The notes: generated by a model from the letters alone, not told the origin. A DNA stretch of 64,000 nt from Nitrososphaerota archaeon (GCA_028867755.1 JAGWFT010000001.1:804727-868726), one strand, 5' to 3'; positions 29,034 to 40,948 are shown, counted from the first letter of the stretch. Made by a program: numbers and translations.

Positions 29034-30839
29034 TTGAGTAAGACAAGCCTCTCTCAGTCTAAACCTGATAATCTTCCAAAACCTAGGATCCAATGGGGTC
29101 GCATAGAGGAGGCTGAAAAGTTTGCAGAAATGGTAAAACTCTTCAGGCAAGGTAAGATTAGCCGAGATGATCTGCGAAGATTCAGACTCCAACATGGTGC
29201 ATATGGAAGCCGAATGACTGATGATTACAGTATGATTCGTGTAAAGATCCCAGCAGGGGAAGTTTATCCAGAGCAAATCGAAAAAATGGCTGAACTAAGT
29301 GAATCGTTCTCAATTGGAAGTGCACATGTTTCCACAAGACAAAATTTCCAACTCCACTGGATTGCCCTGGAAGATGTTTCTGAGGTTATGCGAGGGCTGG
29401 CAGAAATTGGACTAACATCAAGAGAAGCATGTGGTAATTCAGTAAGAAATGTGATGTGTAGCCCTCTTGCCGGTGTGTGTCCTAATGAAGTATTTGATCC
29501 TACTCCGTATGCTTTGTCAACTGCAAAATTTCTACTACGAAACTCGATGAATCAGTCTCTACCAAGAAAATTTAAGATCAATTATACGTGTTGTGAGAAA
29601 CACGGGATGGCAAGAATAGTGGATATTGGTCTTATACCTCAAAGAGTAGAAATTAATGGGAAATTACAGAATGGATTCAAAGTTTTCTTAGGTGGAGGAC
29701 TTGGTGCCCAGTCGTTTGTAGGCCATCAACTTGAAGAATTTACACCTGAAGAAGAGTTGCTCTATACAATAATTGCAGTCATTAGAGTTTATGATAGACT
29801 GGGAAACCGTGAGAATATGGCACGAAATAGAATGAGATATCTTGTTAATGAACTTGGATGGGATAAATTCCAAAATGTTGTATTAAAAGAACGAACGATG
29901 GTTAGGCTAACACAATCTGTTGTGGTAAAACTTGATCTTGATAAAGCTCCTGAAGTGCTGCACAAAGTCTCAATTAGTTCTGAATCTCCGTCGCATCCGG
30001 CAGGATTCTCTAGATGGCTTAAAACCAACACCATGAAGCAAAAACAACAAGGCTATAGTGCAGCATTCATTACTCTAGAATCAGGCGATATTACAGCAAG
30101 CCAGCTACGTGTCATAGCTGACATGGCAAGAGAGTTTTCTGCAGAAGGAAGAATCAGAAATGGATTTGCACAAGACATTGTGTTTAGGTGGGTACGGAAT
30201 GAGGATCTTCTAAACTTTTATGCTAGATTGTTAGAAGTTGGTCTTGCAAATCCAGGTGCATTGACCATGGCTTCAGTGGTGGGATGTTCAGGTACCACCT
30301 CGTGTAACTTGGCATTGACCAATTCTCATAGACTTGCAAAGGAAGTGCAACGAAAATTCCTTGAAATAAAACTTGATGAAGATGATGATCTACGAGACTC
30401 CACAATCAAGATAAGCGGGTGTCCAAATTCATGCGGTCAACACGAAATTGCAACAATTGGATTTTATGGTGGTGGTGCAAGGCTGGGAAAAGACATGTAT
30501 CCGCTCTATACTATGTCATTGGGTGGAAGAGCAGATGAAGCATCAATGTTAGGACTGACAACTACCAAAGTACCAGCAAAGAGAGTTATTCCAACAATTT
30601 TGAAAATAATTGAGATTTTTAAATCTGAAAAAAAATCAGGTGAAACTCTGGATTCATGGATTCATAGGATAATTGAAGGAAACGGCGGCCCAAAAGTCAA
30701 ATCAATTAATGATATCAAAGAATTGCTAAAACCTGTTGTAGCCCCACCAACAGTTGAGCAAGATCAGGACTTTTACGTAGATTATGGAAATGACGGAAAC
30801 TATCACGCCAGAACTGGAAGGGGCGAATGTGCTGCTTGA
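29034..30839 (+). CDS. ferredoxin-dependent nitrite/sulfite reductase (siroheme, 4Fe-4S)
   Basis: STRQNFQLH, LPRKFK, GCSGTTSCNLA, SGCPNSCGQH. Confidence 0.93.
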   Translation: MSKTSLSQSKPDNLPKPRIQWGRIEEAEKFAEMVKLFRQGKISRDDLRRFRLQHGAYGSRMTDDYSMIRVKIPAGEVYPEQIEKMAELSESFSIGSAHVSTRQNFQLHWIALEDVSEVMRGLAEIGLTSREACGNSVRNVMCSPLAGVCPNEVFDPTPYALSTAKFLLRNSMNQSLPRKFKINYTCCEKHGMARIVDIGLIPQRVEINGKLQNGFKVFLGGGLGAQSFVGHQLEEFTPEEELLYTIIAVIRVYDRLGNRENMARNRMRYLVNELGWDKFQNVVLKERTMVRLTQSVVVKLDLDKAPEVLHKVSISSESPSHPAGFSRWLKTNTMKQKQQGYSAAFITLESGDITASQLRVIADMAREFSAEGRIRNGFAQDIVFRWVRNEDLLNFYARLLEVGLANPGALTMASVVGCSGTTSCNLALTNSHRLAKEVQRKFLEIKLDEDDDLRDSTIKISGCPNSCGQHEIATIGFYGGGARLGKDMYPLYTMSLGGRADEASMLGLTTTKVPAKRVIPTILKIIEIFKSEKKSGETLDSWIHRIIEGNGGPKVKSINDIKELLKPVVAPPTVEQDQDFYVDYGNDGNYHARTGRGECAA

Positions 30840-31636
30840 GCAAAGAAAAGACTACTCGAATAACTGTTGACGCTGATACTCTGCGATCTGAGATTAGAGA
30901 TAAGAGCGTCAAGGTCCTTGATATTAGAAAAGAAGAAGATTACAAACAAGGACACTTGCCTGGTGCAATCAATTTTCCACTATCAAGCCTCCTCTCAGAT
31001 GATAGTCCTGAAACTATTTTACAACATACTCAGTCTTTTGGTATAGATGACGAGACACATGTTGTTGTATATGATGATACATTTGGTGCTTTGGCATCAC
31101 GTGTAGCATGGACCCTTCAATATATTGGTCATGAAGAAGTTTCCATACTTGATATAACATATGGATCATGGAAAAAACTTGGCCTTGAAACAAATACAGA
31201 ATCGCCATCTCTTGGCAAAAAAACTCATTCTTTAAAGATACAACCACAGATTCTTGCAACTGCTGATTACCTAATGCCTGCCAAAGAGAAGGGTGCTGTA
31301 TTGATGGACAACAGGGAAAGACTCAATTTTCTTGAAAATCATATTCCAGGAGCAATAAACATTCCATATAGAATGCTTGCCTCTCCTCAAAATATACTAA
31401 GATCAAAAGATGAATTGAGAAGACTTATGCAGAATAGGAACATATCTCCTGACTCTGAAGTGATCACATATTGTGGTAGTGTGGGTACTCTATCTGGATT
31501 GGGATATTATGCATTAAAGTCCATAGGGCTCCAAAATGTTAAACTCTATGTTCGCTCGTTTAAGGAATGGAAATCGCTTGAGAGGCCAATAGAGAAACAA
31601 AAGGATGCAAATTATTGGGATCTCTCTGCAGAATAA
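30836..31636 (+). CDS. tandem-domain rhodanese/thiosulfate sulfurtransferase
   Basis: GHLPGA, HIPGA, active-site YCGSVG; TTG 30836 overlaps the reductase stop. Confidence 0.92.
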   Translation: MSKEKTTRITVDADTLRSEIRDKSVKVLDIRKEEDYKQGHLPGAINFPLSSLLSDDSPETILQHTQSFGIDDETHVVVYDDTFGALASRVAWTLQYIGHEEVSILDITYGSWKKLGLETNTESPSLGKKTHSLKIQPQILATADYLMPAKEKGAVLMDNRERLNFLENHIPGAINIPYRMLASPQNILRSKDELRRLMQNRNISPDSEVITYCGSVGTLSGLGYYALKSIGLQNVKLYVRSFKEWKSLERPIEKQKDANYWDLSAE

Positions 31637-31641
31637 TGTTT

Positions 31642-32787
31642 TTAGGTATTTTGGGTAGCAGTCTCATTTCTTAATTTCTTTGTAGTCTGACTTTCAATAT
31701 GATCAAAGAGTTCCATCATTTTCTTCTTGTTTGCTTGTAAATATTCATAGCCTTTATCGGTTAATCTAACCTTGAACAGTCTGATATCTCTATGTTCTTC
31801 AAAAAAGTGTTCTATCATCTGTGCACCTCTTTTGTTAGGATCAATGAATGCATCCATCCTTGAGATAACCTCATTGACATCCCCTTTCTCTATGGCAGAC
31901 TTGACTGCTTGCGCTGCCTCACTAATATCCCTCAAGTGTTGAATCAATAATGGATTGGTCTTCTTTGTTGTTCCAAACAGTCCTTTCTTTTCAACACCTA
32001 TCTTGGCAGCTAGCTCTGGCGCAATCTCGAACTCTTCCATCTTTGTTAAACCCGCACTCTTCTCAGCTCTTGTCAAAAGGCCTTTTTCCACCAATTTTCT
32101 TGCAGCATCTTCTACCTCGGCCTTGCCTAACATAGTTGTCCAAACTATTTGGCCAACCTTGTGGTAACCCTGTCTTACCGATTCTAATACTACGACTTCT
32201 ACAATTCTTCTATACCCTTCATCTGCTTTGACATTCTCAAAGTCTTTGTCTCTTACTGCCTTTTTTGCATTTTTAACATCTATCTCGATCGAGCGCTTTA
32301 ATGCTTCAATAGCTTCAGGAATGTGATTCAAAAGCGAATTGTAACACGCCTTGTTGTACCAAGACATTCCGTCTGTTGGATTGGTTTCAATTGATTTTTC
32401 TACACTTTCTAGAGCTTTTTCATAATTTTTTTGTCTGTAGTAAATAAGACCTTTCAGATTCCAAGCATCTGAATTTGTAACATCAATTTCATGAACCTTG
32501 TTATAATCATCCATGGAGCCTGCTAAATCGCCCATGTGAAACCGTGCATAGCCTAATTTTAGAAGCGAGTCTACATGACCTGGGTCAACCTGTAATGCGC
32601 CCTCAAAGGCACGAACTGCATCCTCCATCTTCTCATCTGCCATCAAAGAAATTCCCTTTTTGTATAGTTTATTCCTAGTATAGTTAGGATCTGCTAGCTT
32701 TGACTCTTTGGATATCTCTACTGACATTTCGTGTCCCGTATCTTCACTTTTGGGTGGTTCTGAACGGTCCTTGAATAATTTTTTCAC
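31642..32787 (-). CDS. tetratricopeptide repeat protein with a winged-helix-like C-terminal part
   Basis: Several TPR units (AWNLKG, SWYNKAC). Confidence 0.88.
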   Translation of the reverse strand: MKKLFKDRSEPPKSEDTGHEMSVEISKESKLADPNYTRNKLYKKGISLMADEKMEDAVRAFEGALQVDPGHVDSLLKLGYARFHMGDLAGSMDDYNKVHEIDVTNSDAWNLKGLIYYRQKNYEKALESVEKSIETNPTDGMSWYNKACYNSLLNHIPEAIEALKRSIEIDVKNAKKAVRDKDFENVKADEGYRRIVEVVVLESVRQGYHKVGQIVWTTMLGKAEVEDAARKLVEKGLLTRAEKSAGLTKMEEFEIAPELAAKIGVEKKGLFGTTKKTNPLLIQHLRDISEAAQAVKSAIEKGDVNEVISRMDAFIDPNKRGAQMIEHFFEEHRDIRLFKVRLTDKGYEYLQANKKKMMELFDHIESQTTKKLRNETATQNT

Positions 32788-32915
32788 GGCTGATAAAATA
32801 ATGGATTTTCCGTAGATAAATACTATTCCGGGTGTCTAAAAAGTAAATTTTCTTGGTAAAGTGGCTTTATAACGCCTGGATAAATACAAAAATACTCAGG
32901 TATTACACCTAGGAT

Positions 32916-34331
<1,416 letters not shown>

Positions 34332-34531
34332 TGAATGTTCTAAATCTATTGGGGCGTAAATATTTTGAAATGTCATAAAGATGCACTCGTTTTTGAATTA
34401 TTTGATTATAAATGAAAGAAAATTCTTTTTGTAGCCTAAAGCTGCAACTTGGTGCTACAATGCTATGTTGACTAATTTTCAGCTAAAATATTAAAATTAT
34501 CGCCTGCTGTCAAGCGATAATTTTTTTGATT

Positions 34532-34669
34532 TTATCTTCTGCGTTTCTTTGCAGATTTTCTTTTAGCTGTTCTCTTAGTTTTTTTACCCGCTGTTCTTTT
34601 GGCTGCTGATCTTCTCTTTGGAGCTGATCTTCTTTTAGCAGCTTTTTTAGTGCGTTTTTTCGTTGCCAT
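34532..34669 (-). CDS. small Lys/Arg/Ala-rich basic protein (histone H1/protamine-like), 45 aa
   Basis: MATKKRTKKAAKRRSAPKRRSAAKRTAGKKTKRTAKRKSAKKRRR; below the ORF-track cutoff; T-run after the stop on the coding strand. Confidence 0.75.
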   Translation of the reverse strand: MATKKRTKKAAKRRSAPKRRSAAKRTAGKKTKRTAKRKSAKKRRR

Positions 34670-34782
34670 TGATGAACTTTACATTTCACTTGTTTTTCTA
34701 TCGTTACACTTAAGAAAATTACACCAAATGCTGATATTGTATCAACAAATTTTTCATAAAATTTGAAAATTTTGATCGCATT

Positions 34783-34959
34783 TTAGTAAACAGATTCTGC
34801 TGATGGGCGTCTTCCTTGCAACCATGATGTATTACCGCATTGTACACATTTGTATTGCCGTCTTCTTTTGTAAGTTGGAATTTCTGGCATGAAAACTATT
34901 TCTTGTTTTGTTTTTGAAAGACATCTCTTACACCATCTATTCTCTGATTCTTTTTCCAT
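34783..34959 (-). CDS. small C2C2 zinc-ribbon protein, 58 aa
   Basis: MEKESENRWCKRCLSKT...YKCVQCGNTSWLQGRRPSAESVY; below the ORF-track cutoff. Confidence 0.75.
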   Translation of the reverse strand: MEKESENRWCKRCLSKTKQEIVFMPEIPTYKRRRQYKCVQCGNTSWLQGRRPSAESVY

Positions 34960-34993
34960 GTTATGAGGAGTTTAGGCGTGGAAATAGTTGTTA

Positions 34994-36094
34994 CTATTTA
35001 TTTTTCACTATTGTGAGCACGTCTTCATCTTCTAATGTGTGAGCTATGCCGACTCTTTGTCCGCCGAACTTGACACTTTTGCCCCACACTAGAGCATATC
35101 TAAAGTCCTTTTTCAAATCTCTATGCAACTTGTTGCAAACCTCTAAAACTCTAGAATTGCGCCTAATGATGAGCGGTTCTTTGTAGTCTGTTTCTCCACC
35201 TTTTGGTCTCATGTAAATTCTGATAAAATCTAACTTTTCATAAATTGCATCCTTGAGTGCATTGACATTGACATCTGCATCAGCTGATATGGGGATAATT
35301 TTTGATTTTATTTTTTCCTGCAGTTCATTTAAGAATCCTTGATTGACCAAATCTATTTTATTCATCACGGTCAAAGATTCTACATAAAACTTGTTACCTG
35401 ATACATAATCAATTAATTGTTCAGAATCAATATCTTCTCTTATCAAGACGCGTGCATTGTTTATTCCGTACACTCTCAAAATATCTTTGAGCAGGCTTTC
35501 TGATATTTTTGTTATTGATACCTGCTGGCTTACTGCTAGTCCGCCATCACCTGATTTTTCTATGACTATGTTGGGAGGTTTTTGGTCAAGCCTAATTCCT
35601 ATATTGCCAAGCTCAGTTCTAATAACCTCCTCGTGATATGGCTGAAATACATCTAATATGATTAAAACCAAATCTGCACTCTTTGCTACGGCAAGAACTC
35701 TTTTGCCAAGTCCTTTTCCTGTTGATGCGCCCTTGATTATTCCTGGCAGATCAAGAACCTGAATCTTGGCGCCACGATATTCCATCATGCCTGGCACAAC
35801 CGTTGTAGTTGTAAATTGAAATGCACCAACAGCTGACTTTGCACCAGTAAGCTTGTTAAGCAAAGTAGATTTTCCTACACTTGGAAGTCCAATAAGTACA
35901 ACAGTAGCATCACCTGTTCGTTTTACATCAAAACCAATCGAGCTTCCCGAACCTCTTGATTTTATCTCATCTTGTTCTCTACGAAGCTTGGCAAGTTTTG
36001 CCTTGAGCAAACCAACATGGTGCTCAGTAGCTTTGTTGATCTGGGTTTTTGCCATCTCATCTTTTATTGATTGGATCTTCTCTGGTATTCCCAT
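34994..36094 (-). CDS. DRG/OBG family GTPase with TGS domain
   Basis: GLPSVGKST, FTT, DLPG, NKID, KFGGQRVG. Confidence 0.95.
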   Translation of the reverse strand: MGIPEKIQSIKDEMAKTQINKATEHHVGLLKAKLAKLRREQDEIKSRGSGSSIGFDVKRTGDATVVLIGLPSVGKSTLLNKLTGAKSAVGAFQFTTTTVVPGMMEYRGAKIQVLDLPGIIKGASTGKGLGKRVLAVAKSADLVLIILDVFQPYHEEVIRTELGNIGIRLDQKPPNIVIEKSGDGGLAVSQQVSITKISESLLKDILRVYGINNARVLIREDIDSEQLIDYVSGNKFYVESLTVMNKIDLVNQGFLNELQEKIKSKIIPISADADVNVNALKDAIYEKLDFIRIYMRPKGGETDYKEPLIIRRNSRVLEVCNKLHRDLKKDFRYALVWGKSVKFGGQRVGIAHTLEDEDVLTIVKNK

Positions 36095-36162
36095 CTATCT
36101 TGTCTGCCTTGACTATGGAATAAAATCTTACTAATTTCTTATCTGTAACAATTGTAGACTGA

Positions 36163-36660
36163 TTACAATTTGAAATTATTAAAATAGTGAACAAATATGT
36201 TGCCAAAATAAACTGAGGCAAATGCGCTAGTTGTTCTTGCTATACTCATGGAAATGACGAATTTTTTAAAATTGTATTTTTTAACTCCTGCTATTATTGT
36301 AACAATTTCTGTCAATATGGGTACCAAACTTAGAGCGAAGATTATGCTCCAACCGTGCTTGTTTAGTCGCTCAAAACTCTTGTCATACTGGTTGTCGTTG
36401 TGCGTTTTTCTTAGCAGCTTGTACATCTTTTTTCCGTCGTATCCTATGTAATATGTTAGGATTCCTCCTCCGATCGATCCTACTGCCATTGTAACAAACA
36501 CCATGAGGGGGTTCTGGCCGTCCAGAAGCAGCGCAGTTGATGTTATTACAATTGGAAACGGTACAACTGAAGCAAAAATGCAGTTTAGAAAAAGACCTAA
36601 TAGCCCATACTTTACAAAGAACGGGTTTTCAAGTATGGGTTTTAAAAAATCAATTAACAT
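36163..36660 (-). CDS. DedA/YqaA (VTT domain) membrane protein
   Basis: Multi-TM; GSIGGGILTYYIG; AGVKKYNFKKF...R. Confidence 0.85.
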   Translation of the reverse strand: MLIDFLKPILENPFFVKYGLLGLFLNCIFASVVPFPIVITSTALLLDGQNPLMVFVTMAVGSIGGGILTYYIGYDGKKMYKLLRKTHNDNQYDKSFERLNKHGWSIIFALSLVPILTEIVTIIAGVKKYNFKKFVISMSIARTTSAFASVYFGNIFVHYFNNFKL

Positions 36661-36708
36661 GTGTCTTGATGCTCTTCTTACATATTATAACTCAATGTTT
36701 AAAATCAC

Positions 36709-36948
36709 TTAGACTATACTGGGATCTTTTTTATTAATTGACTTGGAGTACAATGTCTTATCTTCCTTCTTTATGTGGAAAATTCTTGTAGCAGGTATTA
36801 CTTCAAAGTTCTCAGAAATCTTGAGAAATTCTGTCAACGTGACTTCTTTGATCACATTAATGTCAAGATATCCAATAAAATAGAGACTTGGATTGTCATG
36901 ATGTAATGCCTTGCTAAGAATTTCAGATACTATTCCTTTTCTAGTCAT
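36709..36948 (-). CDS. small conserved protein, DUF504/MJ1316-like
   Basis: IGYLD...IPATRIFHIKK pattern. Confidence 0.65.
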   Translation of the reverse strand: MTRKGIVSEILSKALHHDNPSLYFIGYLDINVIKEVTLTEFLKISENFEVIPATRIFHIKKEDKTLYSKSINKKDPSIV

Positions 36949-37048
36949 GAGTCAATCGCCAAACTTGGATATATCAATAGCCACATTCAAAACTTGTCCT
37001 CATATGTGGGCAGATGTTTTAAATTCTAACAGCTTGCTGATTCAAACC

Positions 37049-37354
37049 ATGACCAATAAAATAATGCTGAACATAGACAAAGCGATCTATAACGAGGGCG
37101 AATACATGAAGTTAAAAGTTGACTATGAGACGTTTAATCCAAAACAAACAATTCATGTGACAATTTTAGATCCGTCAGAGAAGGAAGTATTTAGCACTGA
37201 TCAATACATCAATTCCCAGAAAGGGTCTTACTCCACTGTGATGAAGTTTGATACAAAACAGTGGAGAGTTTCTGGCAGGTACAAAGTTACCGCGTGGGAT
37301 CAGGAAGGAACAAGAAAAGAAATATTTTTCCAATTCAAAGGAAAACCATTGTAA
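37049..37354 (+). CDS. hypothetical single Ig-like (MG2-like) domain protein
   Basis: DKAIYNEGE...VTILDPS...GRYKVTA beta-sandwich pattern; ATG 37049 avoids overlap with the upstream gene. Confidence 0.65.
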   Translation: MTNKIMLNIDKAIYNEGEYMKLKVDYETFNPKQTIHVTILDPSEKEVFSTDQYINSQKGSYSTVMKFDTKQWRVSGRYKVTAWDQEGTRKEIFFQFKGKPL

Positions 37355-37430
37355 CAATTCACAGATGACAAAATAGGATGGGAATTCTATCTATTACAGT
37401 TATTATGCCCGATATCGCTACGTGACTTGA

Positions 37431-38126
37431 ATGAAGCCAAAGATATTTGCAGTAGACATTGACGGTACTATCACCGACAACAAGGGAGGAAGAGTTGACC
37501 TTGATGCACTGGCAGCTCTGCGTTATCTAGTAAAACTTGGCCACAAAGTAGTCTATGTGACTGGAAGGTCATCAATTGAGGCCTATGTTCTATCAGTATT
37601 TGGAGGGACTACAAGAATAGCAGTAGGGGAGAACGGTGGAATTATTACATCTGGACCAGATGAACACAAACTAATTGGAAACAAACAAGAATGCTTGAAA
37701 GCGCTCCAATTCATTAAAGCCAGGATTCCTGAAGCTGTGGAAAAGCCAGTTTTTCCACGAATCACAGAGGTTGTTCTTGAAAGAAATTTTGATATTAATT
37801 TAGGAAAAAAGGTTTTGGATGAAAATAACCTAGATGTGCAATTGTCTGACAGTATGTATGCTTATCACATTAACTCAAAAGGAGTTAACAAGGCAAATGG
37901 GTTCCTTGAAGTAATGAAGATGTTCTCAGCCACAAAACAAGACGTCATTGCAATAGGTGATAGCGAAACAGACGTGCCTCTTTTCAAACTAGCTGGTGTA
38001 AGTGTAGCGTTAGGTAATGCAACAGATGATGTAAAATCTCATGCAACTATTACAGTTCCAGGCCATGCAGGCGACGGAGTGGTAGAAGCTCTTGAAAAGA
38101 TTGAATTAAAACTTTTAGTGAAATAG
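37431..38126 (+). CDS. phosphoglycolate phosphatase (HAD, TA0175/SPP-like)
   Basis: DIDGT, TGR, GENG, GVNKA, GDSETD. Confidence 0.9.
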   Translation: MKPKIFAVDIDGTITDNKGGRVDLDALAALRYLVKLGHKVVYVTGRSSIEAYVLSVFGGTTRIAVGENGGIITSGPDEHKLIGNKQECLKALQFIKARIPEAVEKPVFPRITEVVLERNFDINLGKKVLDENNLDVQLSDSMYAYHINSKGVNKANGFLEVMKMFSATKQDVIAIGDSETDVPLFKLAGVSVALGNATDDVKSHATITVPGHAGDGVVEALEKIELKLLVK

Positions 38127-38130
38127 TATC

Positions 38131-40017
38131 ATGACACTACGACTTCTTTTTGAAGAAATTCGATCAAACATACAAAAAATCTCAAATGATCTGGGCTATC
38201 CTACTGTTGAGTTTGATATATCAGAGGCATCAAAACCAGAGTTTGGAGATGTAAGCTGTAACATTGGGTTTTTGCTAGCAAAGCCTCTTAAAAAAAGACC
38301 ATCTGAAATATCTGAATCTGTTGCAAATGAATATCAAAAGCACAAAGGGGAATTTGTGTCCAAAATAACTGTTCATCCGTCTGGCTATCTCAACTTTGTA
38401 GCAAACTATGAAACTCTAGCCAGATCCGTCATGCAATCCTCTACAGAACAAAATTACGGACAGTTTAACGTGGGAAACAACACAAAGATTGTAGTAGAGC
38501 ATACAAGTGTTAACCCAAACAAGGCACTACACATAGGCCATGTGAGAAATATCATAATTGGAGATACGGTGGCAAGGATTCTCCACAAGGCTTGCTACGA
38601 TGTTCAAGTTTTAAACTATGTAGACGATTCCGGGCTTCAGGTGGCAGATATCATAGTTGGCTTCAAGTATGGTGGATTTGCCAAAGAACCTTTGCAAAAT
38701 CAAAAATTTGATCACTATTGCGGAGATGTTGTTTATGTGAGCATTACGGAAAGATATGAGAAGGAACCATCTCTTGCAGAGAAAAGAGCAATTGTTCTAA
38801 AAGAACTCGAAGAGGGAAGCTCTGAGATGGCAAAATTTGGAGATGAAATAACCAGAAGAGTTCTAGAAGAACAACTCAAGACTTGTTGGAGGCTTGGAGT
38901 AACATATGACTGTCTAAACTTTGAGTCACAAATAGTTCGCTCCAGACTATGGACAACAGTTCTTGAAAAAATGAAATCGATGGGAATCATATATCTTGAA
39001 AATGAGGGAAAAAACGTAGGCTGTTGGGTAATAAAATCTGATTCAGAAGTAGAAGAGGATAAGATTTTGATAAGAAGCAATGGTATTGCCACATACATTG
39101 CAAAAGATATTCCATATGCTACGTGGAAACTGGGGATCTTGGAAGATCCGTTCTACTATAAACACTATGCCATGCAGAAAAATGATAGGATACTTTGGGA
39201 GACTACTCTTGAAAATACTGGAACAAAACTAAATTTCACTGGGGACACTGTAATCACGGTTATAGATTCAAGACAATCTAGATTGCAAAAAATTATTACA
39301 AAAATTATATCTGATTTTAAATCAAAGGGCAAGCAATACACGCATCTTGGGTATGAATCAGTTACTCTAAGCTCGGACACTGCTAAAACCCTCAATCTTG
39401 AAACTGGAGGAAAATCTGTCCAAATGTCTGGCAGGAAGGGACTCTATGTTAATGCTGACTATGTCTTGGATATACTTGGTGTAAAAACATATGAAGAAGC
39501 AAAAAAACGAAATCCGGAACTTGATGAAGTAACACTTGTCAAAATTGCAGAGCAAGTTGCAGTTGGGGCTCTGCGATATTCCATGATAAAGCAGGATCTT
39601 GATAAGATAATTACCTTTGACATGGCAGAATCTCTGAGTTTAGAGGGAGATACGGGGCCATACATACAGTATGCCCATGCACGATCTATGAGAATTCTAG
39701 AAAAAGCAGGCAAGACGCCAGACTTTAACGTCTCATTTGATAACTTGAATACCGAGCATGAAAGAAACCTGGTAAAGACAATTGGTAAATTTGACATGCA
39801 TGTGGAAGATTCTGCAAAGAACCTATCCCCAAAAATGATTGCTAGGTATTGCTATGATCTTGCAGTATCTTTCAATTCTTTTTATGAACACATCAAAGTA
39901 TTGACTGCAGAATCTCCTGAGATGATAAATGCTAGGCTTTGTCTTGTGTGGTCATTTAAAGAAACTCTAGTTAAGGCCCTTTCCTTATTGGGAATTGATG
40001 CGCCAGCTAGGATGTAA
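38131..40017 (+). CDS. argS: arginine--tRNA ligase
   Basis: EHTSVNPNKALHIGH, MSGRKG, GPYIQYAHAR, DAPARM. Confidence 0.97.
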   Translation: MTLRLLFEEIRSNIQKISNDLGYPTVEFDISEASKPEFGDVSCNIGFLLAKPLKKRPSEISESVANEYQKHKGEFVSKITVHPSGYLNFVANYETLARSVMQSSTEQNYGQFNVGNNTKIVVEHTSVNPNKALHIGHVRNIIIGDTVARILHKACYDVQVLNYVDDSGLQVADIIVGFKYGGFAKEPLQNQKFDHYCGDVVYVSITERYEKEPSLAEKRAIVLKELEEGSSEMAKFGDEITRRVLEEQLKTCWRLGVTYDCLNFESQIVRSRLWTTVLEKMKSMGIIYLENEGKNVGCWVIKSDSEVEEDKILIRSNGIATYIAKDIPYATWKLGILEDPFYYKHYAMQKNDRILWETTLENTGTKLNFTGDTVITVIDSRQSRLQKIITKIISDFKSKGKQYTHLGYESVTLSSDTAKTLNLETGGKSVQMSGRKGLYVNADYVLDILGVKTYEEAKKRNPELDEVTLVKIAEQVAVGALRYSMIKQDLDKIITFDMAESLSLEGDTGPYIQYAHARSMRILEKAGKTPDFNVSFDNLNTEHERNLVKTIGKFDMHVEDSAKNLSPKMIARYCYDLAVSFNSFYEHIKVLTAESPEMINARLCLVWSFKETLVKALSLLGIDAPARM

Positions 40018-40052
40018 CTCCGACCTTTCATTTTGGAAATACTATTATCTAT

Positions 40053-40943
40053 ATGGAGTCAGGTCTAGTTGTGAAGAAAATAAAACAAAACAGCAATGTG
40101 TTGTTCTTCTTTAATGATTCAAAAAAGTGGTTGATGAAAGTATCAAAGAAACAAAAGTTTCATACACATGTGGGAATTATTGACCATAAAAAAGTAATAG
40201 GAAAAGAATACGGGAGTGCAATTAAGACCAACAAAGGTAAGATAATCTATCTTTTGGAACCTACCGTATATGACTATGTCATGAAAAGTCAGCGTAGTAC
40301 TCAGATAGTTTACCCAAAAGATCTTGGTTACATAGCTGCAAGGACTGGATTACAAAGCGGGCAGACAATTGTTGAAATCGGAACCGGGAGCGGTTCGCTT
40401 ACTACATTTCTTGCAAGTTTAGTAAAAACAAGAGGTCATGTGTACACCTATGATGTAGATGAAAATTTCATGGCAATAGCGAGGAAAAATATCGAAAAGG
40501 CAGGAGTCTCAAAATATGTTACAATGGAAAAATTAGATATCAAAAATGCCAAGAAAATGCCACAAAAAGACGTAGACATGGTGGTAGTAGATTTGGGAGA
40601 CCCGTGGACAGTTGTGCCGCAGGCAAGAAAAATGCTCAAAGGCAGTGGATATTTTGTGGCAATATGCCCAACAATGAATCAACTTGAGAAACTTGCATCA
40701 GCATTATGGGAAAATGACTTTTTTGATATGGAATTTACTGAACAAATTGTAAGAACAATTGAAGCTCGAGAAGGTAAAACACGACATTCTTTCCGCGGTA
40801 TTGGACATACAACATATGTTGCATTTGCTAGAAAAGTTACCACGCCAAAAGATCTTAGAAAAGTAATACATGATCCAGTAATTGAGGATGTATCAAACGA
40901 AGAATCTGTAGAAGACGAAGGTTTATCCACCGTGAAAAAATAA
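40053..40943 (+). CDS. trmI: tRNA (adenine-N1)-methyltransferase
   Basis: TQIVYPKD, EIGTGSG, DLGDPW. Confidence 0.93.
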   Translation: MESGLVVKKIKQNSNVLFFFNDSKKWLMKVSKKQKFHTHVGIIDHKKVIGKEYGSAIKTNKGKIIYLLEPTVYDYVMKSQRSTQIVYPKDLGYIAARTGLQSGQTIVEIGTGSGSLTTFLASLVKTRGHVYTYDVDENFMAIARKNIEKAGVSKYVTMEKLDIKNAKKMPQKDVDMVVVDLGDPWTVVPQARKMLKGSGYFVAICPTMNQLEKLASALWENDFFDMEFTEQIVRTIEAREGKTRHSFRGIGHTTYVAFARKVTTPKDLRKVIHDPVIEDVSNEESVEDEGLSTVKK

Positions 40944-40948
40944 GAAAC

